In this document: piece by piece, positions 25,380-39,560 of the stretch
Position numbering within the stretch: position 1 is the first letter of the stretch
Layout of the letters: each line of letters opens with the position of its first letter
Assembly: GCF_009914755.1 (NCBI RefSeq)
Contig: NC_060925.1
Length of the DNA stretch: 64,000 nt
Strand: one strand, 5' to 3'
Origin: the human T2T-CHM13v2.0 reference genome, Homo sapiens
Made by a program: the position numbers and the translations under genes
The notes under the pieces: model-generated
Database searches by the model: none
What the model saw: the letters and a program-made list of their open reading frames with translations, nothing else
What the model was told of the DNA's origin: nothing

Positions 25380-27255
25380 TGCTCTGTCATTTTCCCAGGT
25401 GATTATTTCATATTTCTTCCTTTCCCCTAACCACTAACACCCTCTTCCCTCCCTCACCGTTGATTGATTGTTGACATAACCACATCGTTCACTGAAAATA
25501 GAAGCAGTTAGAGAAGAATGCCTCCATGTTATATATTCTGACCTCTGTATCCATGTGAATCTAGACTTACATGATTTGCTTTTCCTCCTTTTGCTATGAA
25601 TGAAATATCTCTGTACCTACTGAAGGCCACCTAAGCGCTGTATCCCATCCCTTCCTCCTTCCCCAAGACTTCACTACTGCCGTTATTCTCATTATCTCCT
25701 ACGTCACCAGTTTATCTCCCTCTACTGGTTATTTCTATTCGTGTTTAAATGTACTCTAGTATTTTTCAATGATTTTAAATAAAACTTCCCATCCCACAGT
25801 CTCCACCTATTGCTCCATTTCTCTGCTTTTCTTTTCATCTAAATGGCTTTAATGAGTTGATGTCCTACTTCCTCCCTTGCCATTCTCTCCTCAACCAGCC
25901 ATGCCAACCAGGTTTCCCATTCTACTGCATACTCTCCTTGTCGAGATCACAGTGACCTCCTCATTTCTATACTCGGGGTGGCTTCTCTGCCTTCATTTTA
26001 CTTCTGCTCTCAGCAACATTTTGGCATATTTTCTCTTCTCTTTTTGGACACTCCACTCATGCACTTTTCCTTCTAGCCTAGTTCCCTCTTATCAGTCTTT
26101 GCTGGCTCTCTTTCCTCCTCTTGACCCCCACATTTATGCCTCAGGGCTTGATCCCAGACTCTCAACAGGTTGAGTTACATTCTCTCCATAGCTGATCTCC
26201 TCTGGCACCATGGGTTTATATAACATCCACCTGCTAACGGATTCTGAACATTTATCCCAGCAAAGAACACTCTCAGGAGTTTTAGACTTGTACCTCACAC
26301 TATCTACTTGCTCCTAACTTGTTCATCTTCCAGTCTCCCCTTCCTCATCAATAGCCCAAAGCCTAAACCCAAAACTCATCTCAAAGCGCTCCCTTTCCTT
26401 CATGTCTCTCATTCAGCTCATTAACACATTTTGTCATCTCTATCTTCTGAATGTATCTTCGATTCACCTATAGTGCATGATTTCACAACTGCTACTCTAA
26501 TTTGACCCACCTTCAATTCTACCTTGAAATCTTTAATAGTTCTCAAACTCCATTGGTCCTTATATAGTCCATTTTCCACAGGGTAGCCAGAGTGATTTTT
26601 AAAAACGTAAATTTGATCATGCTATTCCTTTGCTTAAAGCCTTCAGTAATTTTTCATTGCACTTGGAACAAATTCTAAACTTTACCACAGCCTACAATGT
26701 TGGGACAATCTGTCTCCTACCAGTCCCTCCAACCTCTTCTAGTGCCATCTTTCTTTCTCCCAAATACTTCATACACACTAGCTTTCTTCTCTTTCCTTGA
26801 ATACACCAAGTTCATTCCTGGCTTCAGGCCTTGCATTTGCTGTTCATTTTGTCTGGAACATTTTGCCCCCATATCCTCACATGACTAACTCTGTCTTGTC
26901 ATTCAGGACTCAGCTCAAATGTCAACTTGATTCAAATGATATTCCATTCTAAAATAGCCTGAGCAGGCATAATTACATTATTCTATTTAATTTTCTTTAT
27001 AGCATTCATCGCTCTCAGTAATTCCCTTGCTTATTTATTTACTAGCTTATTGTTTGCTTTTCTGTACCCCCACCATTCATATACTCTGCCACATTTATTC
27101 ACACAGACACACACACACACACACACGCACGTGCACTCACACACGGTCTGTAACATCAGGGAACCTGACTGTCTTGTTCACTCTTGAATAAGTATATGGC
27201 ACTTAGTAGAAGTATTTCACCAAATATTTGCTTAATATTTGGTGAAATGTAAATA
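25380..27255. mobile_element. Degenerate L2 with embedded (CA)n at about 27105-27144
   Basis: Pyrimidine-rich L2 motifs (gccagagtgatttttaaaaac, ggccttgcatttgctgtt, cagctcaaatgtca, aaatatttg). Confidence 0.7.
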
Positions 27256-28164
27256 AAGGTCCAAGGAGTCAATATTCTTATTGTCAATTATGCCACGAAG
27301 AAGCAGATGCTCTCATGACTCCAAATACCCACAAGGAGAAGTGCTTTGAGGGAAAAGGAGCTTTCTTTTCTGATGGGTGCCTTGGGGCCGTGATTTGGAT
27401 TTTAAGGTCATGAATCCTAAGGCTCAAGCCTCTTGCCCCAGGGGGGAGAAGTCTGGCTTCTGTCCACATGTAGGCAGGCTGGTGGGAAGCAGCTTGCTAC
27501 TGCTACTTGCAGCAGGCCTTGAAGCTAGGCAGAGAGGCAGCCCACAGGATGGACCTGGGCCTGTGAGCTCTAGTTACAGTTCTTAGTTATTGCTGCACGT
27601 AATTTCCTGCTGTCATCCCTCTCTTAGGGTTTTCAGGGAGGCTTTATTAAAAGTAACAGCTTAGTCTCAACCCTGTGATGTGGAATTGATGTGGGAGTCT
27701 GCCTCTTGGAGAAGGAGTGGCAAAGAAAAGGGTAGTGTGTCTATAGCAGCTGCAGGCTGGGGGACTCTGCAGTCCCAGCCCGCAGAAGGTAGTTGATGAG
27801 GGCCTAAGAGATGGACCACGGCCAGGAGAGACTGGAGGTAAAGGCAGTAGTATGAACTAACAGGTATGTCTGCCACCATCCTTGGGGAGGAACATCAGAG
27901 AGGTAGATGAAGGCTGGTTTTTGTGTGGCTGAAGGTTCAAAACATCAAAATGCAGGCTATTCATGAAAATACAGTCCCCCTGTACTCATGGGCTGGCAGA
28001 GCTTGAGATACGTATACAACATTTATAACATTGTTTCTCACGGCTACATACAGAAGTTGGGAAGTTAGCAGACACCTGTGGCTTGCTTAATGAGCTCTGT
28101 TTGAAGCATAAATTAGGCAAGTCTTAAGCAAATAACTGGGTAGGGTAATTCAGGAGGCAGTAAG

Positions 28165-28375
28165 AACACAGTCATTTAGAGTTCAGTTCTGATGTGAGTT
28201 CCTGGCTTCAAATCCCAACTCAATTACTTACAGTGTAGGCTTGGGCAGTTACTTAGCCTGCATATGCCTCATGAGGTTTGGTGGTACCCACCTAGTAGGG
28301 TTGATGTGAGGATTAAATGAGATAATCCATGGAGAGCATTTAGCTCAGTGTTGGGTTATAGGAAGCATCACACAT
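28165..28375 (+). mobile_element. MIR
   Basis: ttcaaatcccaact...ttgggcagttactta...gtgaggattaaatgagataatccatg. Confidence 0.7.
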
Positions 28376-28541
28376 CTAAGCTAGGTTTCTGTGATCTATG
28401 ATTAAGTGCCTGGAGGAGCTATCAAGGAGAATTAAACAGGCTGTGAAGGGAGTTTTCCCACAGTGACCTGATGGCATGTCAGGGCTCATCTATTTATCTG
28501 GAGAACACCAAACATAATTTCTTATGCAGGGTAGACATTAC

Positions 28542-28769
28542 CTTAATCACACCATTGGTTCTCATAGGTTCTGACCACTGTAGTAGCAATGCCCGGCCAT
28601 TCTCTTTCTGTTCTACTATAAAGTTTCTCAGTCCACTTGGGGAAGATTCTAAGGTTTGAATCAGAGTCCAAGGGCTTAAAATTTCTCCTGCATGGTTTGC
28701 AGCCACAACACCAATGCGATATGTTGTGAATGGTTCTAACCCGTACAGGTGGGCTTGATGGCTTGTTCC
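28542..28769 (-). CDS. USH2A: USH2A coding exon (exon 62), FN3 repeats, 228 nt, phase 0-0
   Basis: Minus strand ttttcttacAG|GGAACAAGC...GTGATTAAG|GTAATG; translates GTSHQAHLYGLEPFTTYRIGVVAANHAG...WSEPMRTNGVIK, recognised usherin sequence; exon number from recalled c.12067-12294. Confidence 0.96.
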
Positions 28770-29710
28770 CTGTAAGAAAATTAACAGGTTAAGTTGTTGT
28801 TTTTTTTTTTGAAACTGACAATATTGCTGGAAAGTCATTCTCTGAACCTCATGGCCAAAGCTTGTAGGCAACAGCAGCGCAAACACTACAGCAGAGTTTT
28901 GAATTATCATTAAGAAAACAACGCATTTTTTCTTATTCTTGTTGACACCGTGAATATATTACCCAATGTTGTATGATTTCAGACACTCAGAAAGTGGACC
29001 AGATAGCATCCTTGACTTTTCAGTGCTTGCAGCCCAAAGCGTGTGATATATAAACATTAAAAAAAAAAACAAAACATGATGCTTCAGATCAGTGCTGCAT
29101 CCAGCTCAAAATGGAAATCAGTGGTGCCAAGCTGCATGTCTGAGACTGGGATAATTGCCTGCCAGGTTAATATTAAGGGTTTGGAGAGTTAACCTGAACA
29201 CCCCTAATTTCCAAATCTGTTTGTACACAAGACTCTCCATCTTCCCAGTCTCCCTCTCTCATTCTCTTGGCATGTATATATATCTTACGAATTCAATAAA
29301 ACAAATAAACACAAGAAAACAGTAACAAGCCAATTCAACTATACATGTACAAACACCCTTAGAGAAGTCTATTATTAATATAGATATAAAAATATTTTCA
29401 TTTGTTAAAAGCACCATAAGTAAAACTATGAAACCTACCAAAAGTAATTGTTAGCTAGGCTTGGAGAATTTGGTCTTTGTTGCTTTAAAAGAAAAGAAAA
29501 AAAGGGATAGCCTAATTAGGATTTTTAAAATTTGTTTGTTTTTCTGCTTGGAGAGCAGCATTAACATATTTGGCATAACTAAACTGGAGCTAAGAATCCT
29601 AATGTTTCTAAAGGCCCTGGGGTGCTCTTTCCACATCTGGACTGAAAGGATATGTCCTTTTAAAGTAGGAATTATGTATGCAAGTGGGGTAGTAATGTGT
29701 TCATAGGTAA

Positions 29711-29751
29711 ACACACACACACGAACACACACACACACACACACACACACA
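29711..29751. repeat. (CA)n microsatellite, interrupted
   Basis: Directly visible. Confidence 0.95.
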
Positions 29752-31242
29752 CTGGCATTTTCTGTTGCGTACCATCCCCATTGGATATAAGAAATCATGA
29801 GAAAGTTTTGACTGGGTTAGTAGGATATTTACATTCAATGATCTGCTTTGGTTTATTAGATGTTTGAATGTGATACATGGTCTTCAATTGTCTTCTTTCC
29901 TTGATGAACAAGGGAAGAAGAATATAAAGTGGAGTAGTGAAAGTTATTTCTGAAAGTAGGCACCCAAGAACATCAGAAAAAATTATGTGTGGGGGCATCC
30001 AAATATCATTTTGGATAAAATCTAAAACAAGATGACAAAATCAAACAGAATTGTTTTCCAAACAAACTGGTTAGACAAAAACAAAACAATGTAGAAATAG
30101 GTTTTGGTGCTGTTTTCTGACATTATTGGCTGTATATTTTAACTGTGTTATTTCTTGTTATGTGTTAAACATAGGCAGAGAAAATACAATTTCCTTCACA
30201 TATCAAAAACTTGTAAAGTCAATTTTCCTATTTCAATAAGTCCCATTATGATATTACACGCTAACCTCTTGAAATCTTTTAATATTTAAACATTTGCTGA
30301 GCAATCAGACTCTGAAACAAATTTTACAGAAATACTAATTTCTCTTTTTTAAAATATTAAAAGTTAGATCATAAATATTTAAAAACTTATTTCTCCATAA
30401 CATTGGATTGGCCTTTTAGATAAATATAGCACAGAACTAGAATGACCATAATGAATATTAAATCTGAAGATGCTACAAGTCCCGATTACAAACACTCTTT
30501 TCTGATAAATGATTCCTTTTCTGTGGAAATAGGGCAAACATGGGCAAGATTAATAATGCAAAAAAGAATAATTCTTTGTTCAGAATATTCAGTAATAGAT
30601 GCCAAAAAAGCATACGCTCCAAAGCAAATAGTAATCACCTCTAACAGATTATATATAAAAAAGGTGGGCTGCTGGGGGACATTTTTTCATAAGCTTTTGT
30701 CATAAGAAACATGAAAAGCATGTGGGCTATAAAGCAAAAACATATGTATATTGTCAATAGCTGCACCTGCTCAATTATAATTTATTTCAGAGCTGAGAAT
30801 TCCATTCAGCCCCTAGATGGCAATACTATCAAACACTTTTGGTAACATGAGTACTTAATGATTAACAACTGGCATTCAGTCATCCAACACACTCCAGGCA
30901 ACCATTAAAAAAATAACAAAACTGATTTCATTATAGATTCGTTTAATAAACATTTACGGCTCAGATCCTTGAAAGCAGAAGTATTCAAAATGCCCTAGCT
31001 TCCAAACCTCCACCATCTAATATAGAAATATGGCCTGTAGGTTGCAAGCTGAAGTTCATGCATGCCTGGCACAGAAAATTTTTAGGGGTATACTCCTACA
31101 AAGGGTCATTACAACAGTTGTTTTGCTTAACCTGGTCTACATGTATCTTAAAAAAAAAAGGGAGAGAAATAACCACATGTTGGGATGTAAAAGTAATTTC
31201 TGTATCATGAAATTATACTGAGGACAAGTTCTCATATTACAT

Positions 31243-31584
31243 TATTTATTTATTTATTTAATTTATTATTATTATTCTTATTTTTTGGCTCTTTTGCCTA
31301 GGCTGGAGTGTGGCATGATCATGGCTCGGTGCAGCCTTGAACTCCTGGGCTCAAGTGATTCTCCTGCCTCAGCTTCTGGAGTAGCCAGGACTACAGTCAT
31401 GTACCACCGTGTGTGGCTAATTAAAACAAAATGTTTCTTTTCTTTCTTTCTTTCTTTTTTTTGTAGGGATTGGGTATCACTATGTTGCCCAGGTTGGTCT
31501 CCAACTCTAGAGCTCAAGTCACCCTTCTGCCTTGGCTGCGCAAAAGTGCTGGGATTACAGGTGCAAGCCACTGCTGCATCTGGC
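31243..31584 (-). mobile_element. AluJ, followed by (CA)n at about 31611-31645
   Basis: (TTTA)n tail; gcagccttgaactcctgggctcaagtgat AluJ diagnostic. Confidence 0.9.
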
Positions 31585-31611
31585 TACTTTGTTATTCCTG
31601 AATAGTTTTAT

Positions 31612-31642
<31 letters not shown>

Positions 31643-33686
31643 CACAAACCACATATAGACTCCTTAAATAGATCTAAACAATAGCCATGGTTTTTGTCAA
31701 TGTTTAGTAAAAGCTATATTAAAAAATGAAGAAAACATAAAAATGACAAGATAATCCTTGCCAATTTATTCTTTGACGTTTTAGGAAATAATTTATATTA
31801 TTCTCTCCTGAATGAATTTCCAACATCAAAGTTCACTATTTTAGAATCCTGCTGCAAAATTTGGATGCAGTTCACTCTGTGAATTGGGTTGGCTCTCATT
31901 TACGTACTAAGTTTCTTGTTATTTTTCTTAAATTTAGGATATTTGCTTGAGCACTGTGGATCTTAGATGTTTTGGATTCAGTTCCTTCCTTTGGAGATGT
32001 AGCGTTCTGTCTTACTAACTAGGAAAAGTCATCACTAAAGACGATTTTCCTTCCTTTTACTCCTTTGCTTCACTTTTCTTCCGTTCCTTCCTTTCTCTTT
32101 CTTCTTATTCACCCTTTCCTTCTTCTCTCACTCCTTTTCCTCTATAGAGATTATCTTAATTCAATACTCTTACTTCTTCCCCTTATTGCCATTATTTTGC
32201 TCTTTCCTTCCTTTCACTCTTCCTAATGATTTTTTTGACTACATTTTTTGTTGTCCCTGACTTCTGGCCTGCCACCTTGCACTTGCTTCTGTTTTGTCTT
32301 TGTTCATTCTATGTCCACGTCCATATTGTACGTAATTCTACAAGCATGTCAGCTTACTTTTGTTAGGCAGCAGATGAAGAAGATGACTCAACAAAGAAAA
32401 ACAGGAAGAAATATTTTACTAGGAATAATCCATTATTTGCAATCTAATATCTTCAATGGGATTCAGCCTCTTTTTTCCTTCTTTAACTTTATATGCATGA
32501 AGGTCAGAGTTTGGATACAAATCAGTGCCTCATTTTATGAGACATAAAGACAAGACTCTCTGGAACACTCTGTCAGTTGAGGTTCTGCTGGCAATTTGAA
32601 CTATATTTTAACCTCTCGACTCAGCTCCTGGGGACATATGCAACTACTTGGAGTCTTCAGCAGTCTGACAATTTTACACCATCTCCTCTGATTATTTTTG
32701 ATGACTTGAAGTGCCCCAAAGGTGGCCATGGGGTCAATAGGTTTATGTAAGTTGAAAATGATCAAAAATTACCATTGATCTGTAGCTGTCAATAAAAGGC
32801 TGTGTGGGGATGCTCCCTGCACAAATGTTTAAACTGCATAAAGCTTCCCAACTTAGTCATCTTTGAGTCTATTGATCTGATGATCCAGCAGTTTCCAGAG
32901 CTTTCCCTCTGGCCTTTGGGGTGTATTTTCACTAAGCTCACTTACTGTAGACCTTAGGAATCTTTTTACCCTGCTCCCAGTAATGAACCAAAACAATGAT
33001 GTATAGGCACTCTTGTGTTCATCAACAGAGTATTATGTGTCCATATTATATTTTGGAAAGGGTTAATCTTCCTGGTCACCATCAACTTCATTCTAAGCCA
33101 GTGGGATTTCTTCTGGCTTTGTCTTTCATTTATGATTCTCCCTTATCCTGGGCTCTTTATCCTGAAATGGATGAGTTTTGGCTTCTGCATCCTAACCAAG
33201 TCACGGGGTTCCCTTGCCTCCTTAGTTATCATGAATACCAAGAACCAGAGAATAAGTCACATCAAAAATTCACCTTTTTGTGCAAAGAGAACTTCAGAAG
33301 AATCTAGATTTAAGTATATTAACCTCTGTATTCTTAAGTTGAACTGCCGAGATCCTTTATCATTAATTATATTTTATCTTGTCTTAATGATAAGGAATGA
33401 TTATACCTGAGACCTAGAGTTTCTGATTTAGATTACAAATAAAATGTGAGAAGCAGTTCGAGCTCCCATTAACTGTTATCTAAAAGCCATGACTTTGGAT
33501 AGAGTACATCCAGGCAATTGGATGACTTTTATATGTCGTAATGTAGACAAATCAACACAAAATATTTTTCTAGATTTTTGAAAGCCAGATAATTTGAGGC
33601 GTGGATTCTGCAGGACGATTTTTCCTCTCCATTTATAAAGTTAACCTTTAAGTTCCCCAAAAGTTGATCAACATATTTATGTCTAA

Positions 33687-34034
<348 letters not shown>

Positions 34035-36864
34035 ATCAAATCAGTCTTGATACAGAAATTATTATTATTATTTTTTTTACCACGCATTAGGCAAATATCA
34101 AACTTGAATACTTATCCATGGTTCACTTGGCATGAGACTTCCAAGCCTGCAAAATATAAACATTGTCAGAACATTTTCACCAACTTCACCTGCACACTTC
34201 CTTTACCAGTGCCATCTTCACCTAAATGTATCTCAGCTGGTGAGACAAAAAAGACATTTATTTTGACAGCAAACACGTACATGCAGAGTTGCTCCGGAAT
34301 CAAAGATCAACTCACAATACAAGAAAGGTAGAACAAAATACCCTTTAGGACCATGGCCTATTGTTTAGTGTTCAGGCCTATTGTTTTAGTGTGTATGTGC
34401 TAGGCAGCATCACCAAGTGGGATGACACAGCTGCCAAAATGCTCAGTGCAAACATTTAGCAGTTTCTCAGCAGCTGGTTTACTTCTTTAAACATTTTTGA
34501 GCATCTTTTATGCAAAAGACTCTATAAAATTGCAATGGAAGATACAAGATGGGTAACACAGACTCTTGACTCTGAGGAACTTATAATCTAATAGAGCAAA
34601 TCAATAATGTATATACATACACACAATTCAGTGTGGCAGTGCTATAATAAGCACCAGAGAAATACTAAGGAGATACTTGTTATTCAGAAGAAAGGGGGTG
34701 AGGACTTGGGGAAGACTTAATTGAGACGTGGCATTTGATCCAGGCCAGGAAAGATGTAGAATTTGAGCAGATAAAAATAGATGAAGGATTAGAAGAAGGA
34801 ACAGAAGAAAGTTCTGGAGATACCTGGGTGGCAGTTCAACAAAGCAGAAGTGTGATGGTTGCAGGGGAATAGTAGGGATTGTGGCTGGAAAGGGGATTGT
34901 GATAAGACTAAAGAGGGCTGTGAATGTCACCCTAAAGTTTTTGAACTGCATTTGTTAGGAAACAATAAGTAACATTAGGCAAAAAATTTAAGACCTAATT
35001 ATGTGTGAAGAGCTCTGCAATGCAATTTGAAGGAATAATGGAAGAACTTTTAAATTTCACCCTATCGTGGTATAGATCATGGTCAGTGACTAATGAAATA
35101 ATAAATCTGCCAGGAATTAATTAATTAACTCAATTATTATTCAGCCAATAAGTATAGATTGCCATTTGCACAAGGTAATAGGAAAAGTATTTTCTTAGAA
35201 AAAAGATTTAAAATTTTCTTTATGGAACGTTCACTCTATTTCAAAATTTGTAATTATTCTTTAGACACAAGGATTTTTCTTTTGATTTCAATTGAGGCAG
35301 GAAGTATAATAACTGAATGGTGTTAAAACCAATTTTCCTATTTTCTTTCCTGACCCACTATCAGAACCACGCCTTCCTGAAGTGTGTTTTCTCCTGATAC
35401 TGGGGACATGTTTGAGTGGAACCCTCTACACCCTTGTCCCAGCCCCTTGTACATATCAAACAGTGATGAGGCAGCTGGAAATGTTAAGGACACTATTGAC
35501 GACTGGGTAACAATGAGGCCAACTCAAATGTACTCATAAGTGTTAAAGCATTCCTAGCTCTGGGTTCTAGCTAATGCTGTCACCTAATGGATTAGGCAGG
35601 GGCCAATTGTTATAACAATTGTAAATTTCAAACTTAAAATGTTCAGCTTGGAGGATCCACATATTAACACTGGGATCACTTTAATGCTTTTACTCCAACA
35701 ACTCTCTACACTCAGAAAAGAAGAATGATACGTGAAAAGGGAGAAGGTTTTTTTTTTTCTCTCTTTAGAATACATCATTCATTTTGTAATGGAGGGGTCA
35801 ATTCAAAAAGAAGACTCAATTCACAGACATTTTCTTTATAGACAAATTGGCTGTATCAATTTAACCTATAAAGCAAAAGCTAGAGTTATTGCAAAATGAA
35901 CAATGATGCTTCAGTTACCATAAAAACATTGGGGGAAAAATGGTTTTGAAATGCCTCATTTTTCAAAGGAGAAGAGGAAAAAAATTAAATTTGTGATAAT
36001 TAAATTTTAAAGTGGCAAATCAGTCACACTAAATATTAAAAAGCAGTACTTCTGATCTATCAAAATTAAAAATGTGCATACACTGTGACCCAGCAATTTC
36101 ACTCTGATAATCTATTCTATGGAAATAGTGGCAAAACTGTACTAAAACTCATATAAAAATTTTCATTTGGGCCATAGCTTTAGATTTATTTAAGCCTTGA
36201 TTAAACACACATGTATTGAGAGCTTCTTATACACTAGGCATGCTCCTAATCTCTGAGGATACAATAGACAGCAAGGGAGGCAAGGTCATTACCTTCCCGA
36301 ATTTTACATTATAAAGGAGGACAAATGGGCAATATATAAACAGAGGGAGATAGAGAGATCAAGACATAGAGAGAGAATTGGAAATTGTGGTAAATTATGA
36401 AGGGAATAAGTAGGGTGGTGCACTAATTAGTGTTTGGGCTTAGGTATTGGGGAAGAGTGAATGAAATTCTTGATTACAAGGGCGGGTAAGAAAGGTCCTT
36501 GAAGAAGTTACATTTAGGCAAGAGTGCAGAAAAACACCATCTGTGTGAAGAATCAGGGGACAAAGTTTTGGGAGCAAGAGCAGAACAGAAACTCTAAGAT
36601 GGGAACAGACTTGGTGTTTTTGTTGACAGAAAGGAGCTAGTGCGACCAAGCTGGGTGATGGAGAGAAGAATGGCCCAAGAGAAGGTCAAAAGGATGAGCA
36701 GGAGCTAGATGGTATCAATCCTGGAGGCCAAGGTAAAGAGTTCAAGTCTGATTCCAATTTCAGTGGAAAACTATCGAAGGCCTGTAAACAAGGGTGTGAC
36801 ACAATTTAATCTAGGTTTTGAAGAACTCATTCTGGCTGATGTGTGAACAATATATGGAGGCCAT

Positions 36865-37250
36865 TGCATTTGTCTACTCGGGCTGCTATAGCAAAGAACC
36901 ATGGACTGAGTTGCCTTAAACACAGAAGTTCATTTTCTTGCAATTCTTGAGGTTAGAAGTCTAAGATCAAGGTGTCTTCATGGTTGGCTTCTGGTGAAGC
37001 CTCTCTTCTGGCTTATAGACAGCTGTCTTCTGGATGTGTTTCCGTGTCATCTTTGTGTGCATGCAGAGAGATATCTCTGGTGTCTCTTCTTCTTATAAGA
37101 ACATTAATCCTATAGGATGAAGGTCCCATCTTTATGACCTTACTTAAGCTTAATTACCTTCCTAGAGGCCCTATCTCCAAATACAGTCACCTTGGGGGTT
37201 AGGGCTCCAGTGTATGCATTTTGGGAGGAACACAATCCATTTCATAACAT
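36865..37250 (-). mobile_element. MaLR LTR (MLT1) inside L2
   Basis: gggctgctatagcaaagaaccat...aagtctaagatcaaggtgtc...ccctatctccaaatacagtcac. Confidence 0.85.
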
Positions 37251-37811
37251 GGGTCAAGAGAGGGAGGGGAGACATTCAAAGGCTTTTGCTGAAGGCCAGG
37301 AAGGGGTAATAGTGGCTTGGACTAGGGTGGTAATGGTAGACATAGAATTAAGGGGATAGATTTATATTTTGAATGTAGAACCAATAGAATTATGATGGAT
37401 TGAATGTAGAAGGCAAGGGAAAGAGAGGAATGAAGGACGACTCTTAGGTTTTTCTTCTTGAGAGAAAGGGTAGGTGAGGGTACCATTTAATGAGATGTAG
37501 AAGTCTGAGCAGTAACAGATTTGGGAAGGGAAGGAACAACTTTGGTCTTGTTAAGTTCAAGATGTCAAGTAGACAGACCAATGAAACTATAGTTTTGGGA
37601 AGAGACTGAATTAGGAATACACATTTGAGGGTCCTTGGACATATCTCCCAAAATCCAGTCTTGTATCCAATTGTCTTGTTAACCTCTTCATTTGGATGTC
37701 TAATACATCTGAAACTTAACAAGTCTCCATACGATCTCTTGATTTTCCCTTTTTTGAAGTTTGTATTATGTCAGATTGGTTAAGGTGAAACTGCATATCT
37801 CAGAATTCCTT

Positions 37812-38350
37812 CTGTGGGAGACACACCTTAAGGTGACCCCTGCAATGAATCATGCCCTTGTGTGATTCTCCCTCCCCCTGAGTGCAGTCAGGGCCTATGC
37901 CTTGTTGCTAACTAATAGAAAATGGCAAAACTCTGGGATGTCACTGCCATAAATATGGCAGACACCATCTCAGCAGACTGAAAGTGAAATCCTTCAGCTG
38001 GTCTTTAAGAAGTAAACTGCCATGCTATGAGAGGGCCTGTGAAGGACCCCTGTGGAGGGGAACTAGGTGGTCTCTAGGACATGAGGGCCAACAGCCAACA
38101 GGAAGCCAGGGCCTCCCTCTCATTCCCACACAAGAGAAATGAACTCTGCTAACAACTTGAATGAGATTGGAAGTAAATGTTTCTCCATTCAAACCTCCGG
38201 ATGAGAACACAGCCCAACAGACACCCTAATTGTAGCCTTATGAGACCTCGAACAAAAGGCCTGAGACTCTTGACAAAGGGGAACTGTGAGATAACAAGTA
38301 GAAATTGTTTTTAAGCTACTAAGTTTGTTGTACTTTGTTATATATAGCAG
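37812..38350 (+). mobile_element. MaLR LTR (MLT1)
   Basis: ttgttgctaactaatagaaaatggcaaaa...gaactgtgagataacaa...ttttaagctactaagtttg...tatagcagtaata. Confidence 0.8.
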
Positions 38351-38817
38351 TAATATATCTTCTCTATCTAGTTCTGGATTAAAGATACATTTACATACAA
38401 TTTGGAGAATGAAAGTAAATCAGTGGCCATTACTCTTCGAAGTTGGTTGAAGTTAGATGTGAAGATGAATAGACACAGAGGTGCAAGTGGGTTCCAGATT
38501 GTCCTCATTCTCCTCTACTCCAATCTGACTCTTCTTTCCAGCTGCTGACTCTTTAACCAATAGTGGCCCAGGTCTACCACCTGACACTTAGTGCTGGCCC
38601 CACAGAGATGGTAGCTAAACAGAGGAGTTGCTTTCCATAGACCTCTCCATAGGCATCTGTGGTAGGGACACTAAGGTGGCTGGCCATCCTTGGCTTCTTG
38701 AATGGGCATGGTGGCAACTCCCTTACCCATCTTCTTACTCTCCTCCCCAAATCTTCACTTTCCCAGCTATTCCCACAATTGCGTAAGGTCTAATTCCTAG
38801 AGAAAGCGCTCATCTTT

Positions 38818-38950
38818 AGCTGGGTGTGGTGATGCAAACCTGCAGTCCCAGCTATTTGGAAGGCTAAGGTGGAAGAATTGCTTGAGCCCAGAAGCTTGAG
38901 TGTAGCCTGGGCAACATAAGAAGACCCTGTCTCTAATGAACAATAATAAT
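38818..38950 (+). mobile_element. Alu monomer (FLAM/FRAM)
   Basis: agctgggtgtggtg...gcttgagcccag...gcctgggcaacataagaagaccctgtctct. Confidence 0.8.
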
Positions 38951-39269
38951 AAACTTTCTATCTCAAAACCCATAGTGTTCAGTCTCCCTGACTGAAATGA
39001 TTCTGATGTACCTAGAAAAGCTGCTTCACCTGCAGTCTTCCCTTTTTTTCAGTTGATGACGACTTCATTCTTCCAGTTGTTTAGGCCAAAAACTTTGGAT
39101 TCATTTTCTCTTTTTTTTTCACATCTACTCTACTCATTAGGAAATAGGACTGGATTTATTTAACTTCAAGATACATCCAGAATCCTACCAGTTCACACCA
39201 CATCTACTACTACCACTCTGATCCAAGCCATACTTTCCCACTCTCAGCACTGCAGTAGCCTCAGTTTGC

Positions 39270-39560
39270 CTTTTTTTCTCTTTTTTTAGATGGAATCTCG
39301 CTCTGTCACTGAGGCTGGAGTGCAGCCTCTTGGCTCACTGCAACCTCCACCTCCCAGGTTCAAGCGATTCTTCTGCCTCATCCTCCTGAGTAGCTGGGAC
39401 TACAGGCAAGCACCAACAGGCCAGGCTAATTTATGTATTTTTAATAGAGATGGGGTTTCATCATATTGGCCAGGCTGGTCTCGAACTCCTGACCTTGTGA
39501 TGTGCCCTCCTCGGCCTCCCAAAGTGCTGGGATTACAGGTGTGAGCCACCGTGCCCAGCC
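39270..39560 (-). mobile_element. AluS
   Basis: Reverse Alu dimer ending gagccaccgtgcccagcc. Confidence 0.93.

Noticed and set aside
31013-31160. Short segment followed by an A-run, possible retrocopy
   Set aside because: No TSD, poly(A) signal or recognisable parent
32550-33350. Possible CR1/L3 remnant with two about 100-130 aa ORFs
   Set aside because: Resemblance too weak to call by eye; needs RepeatMasker
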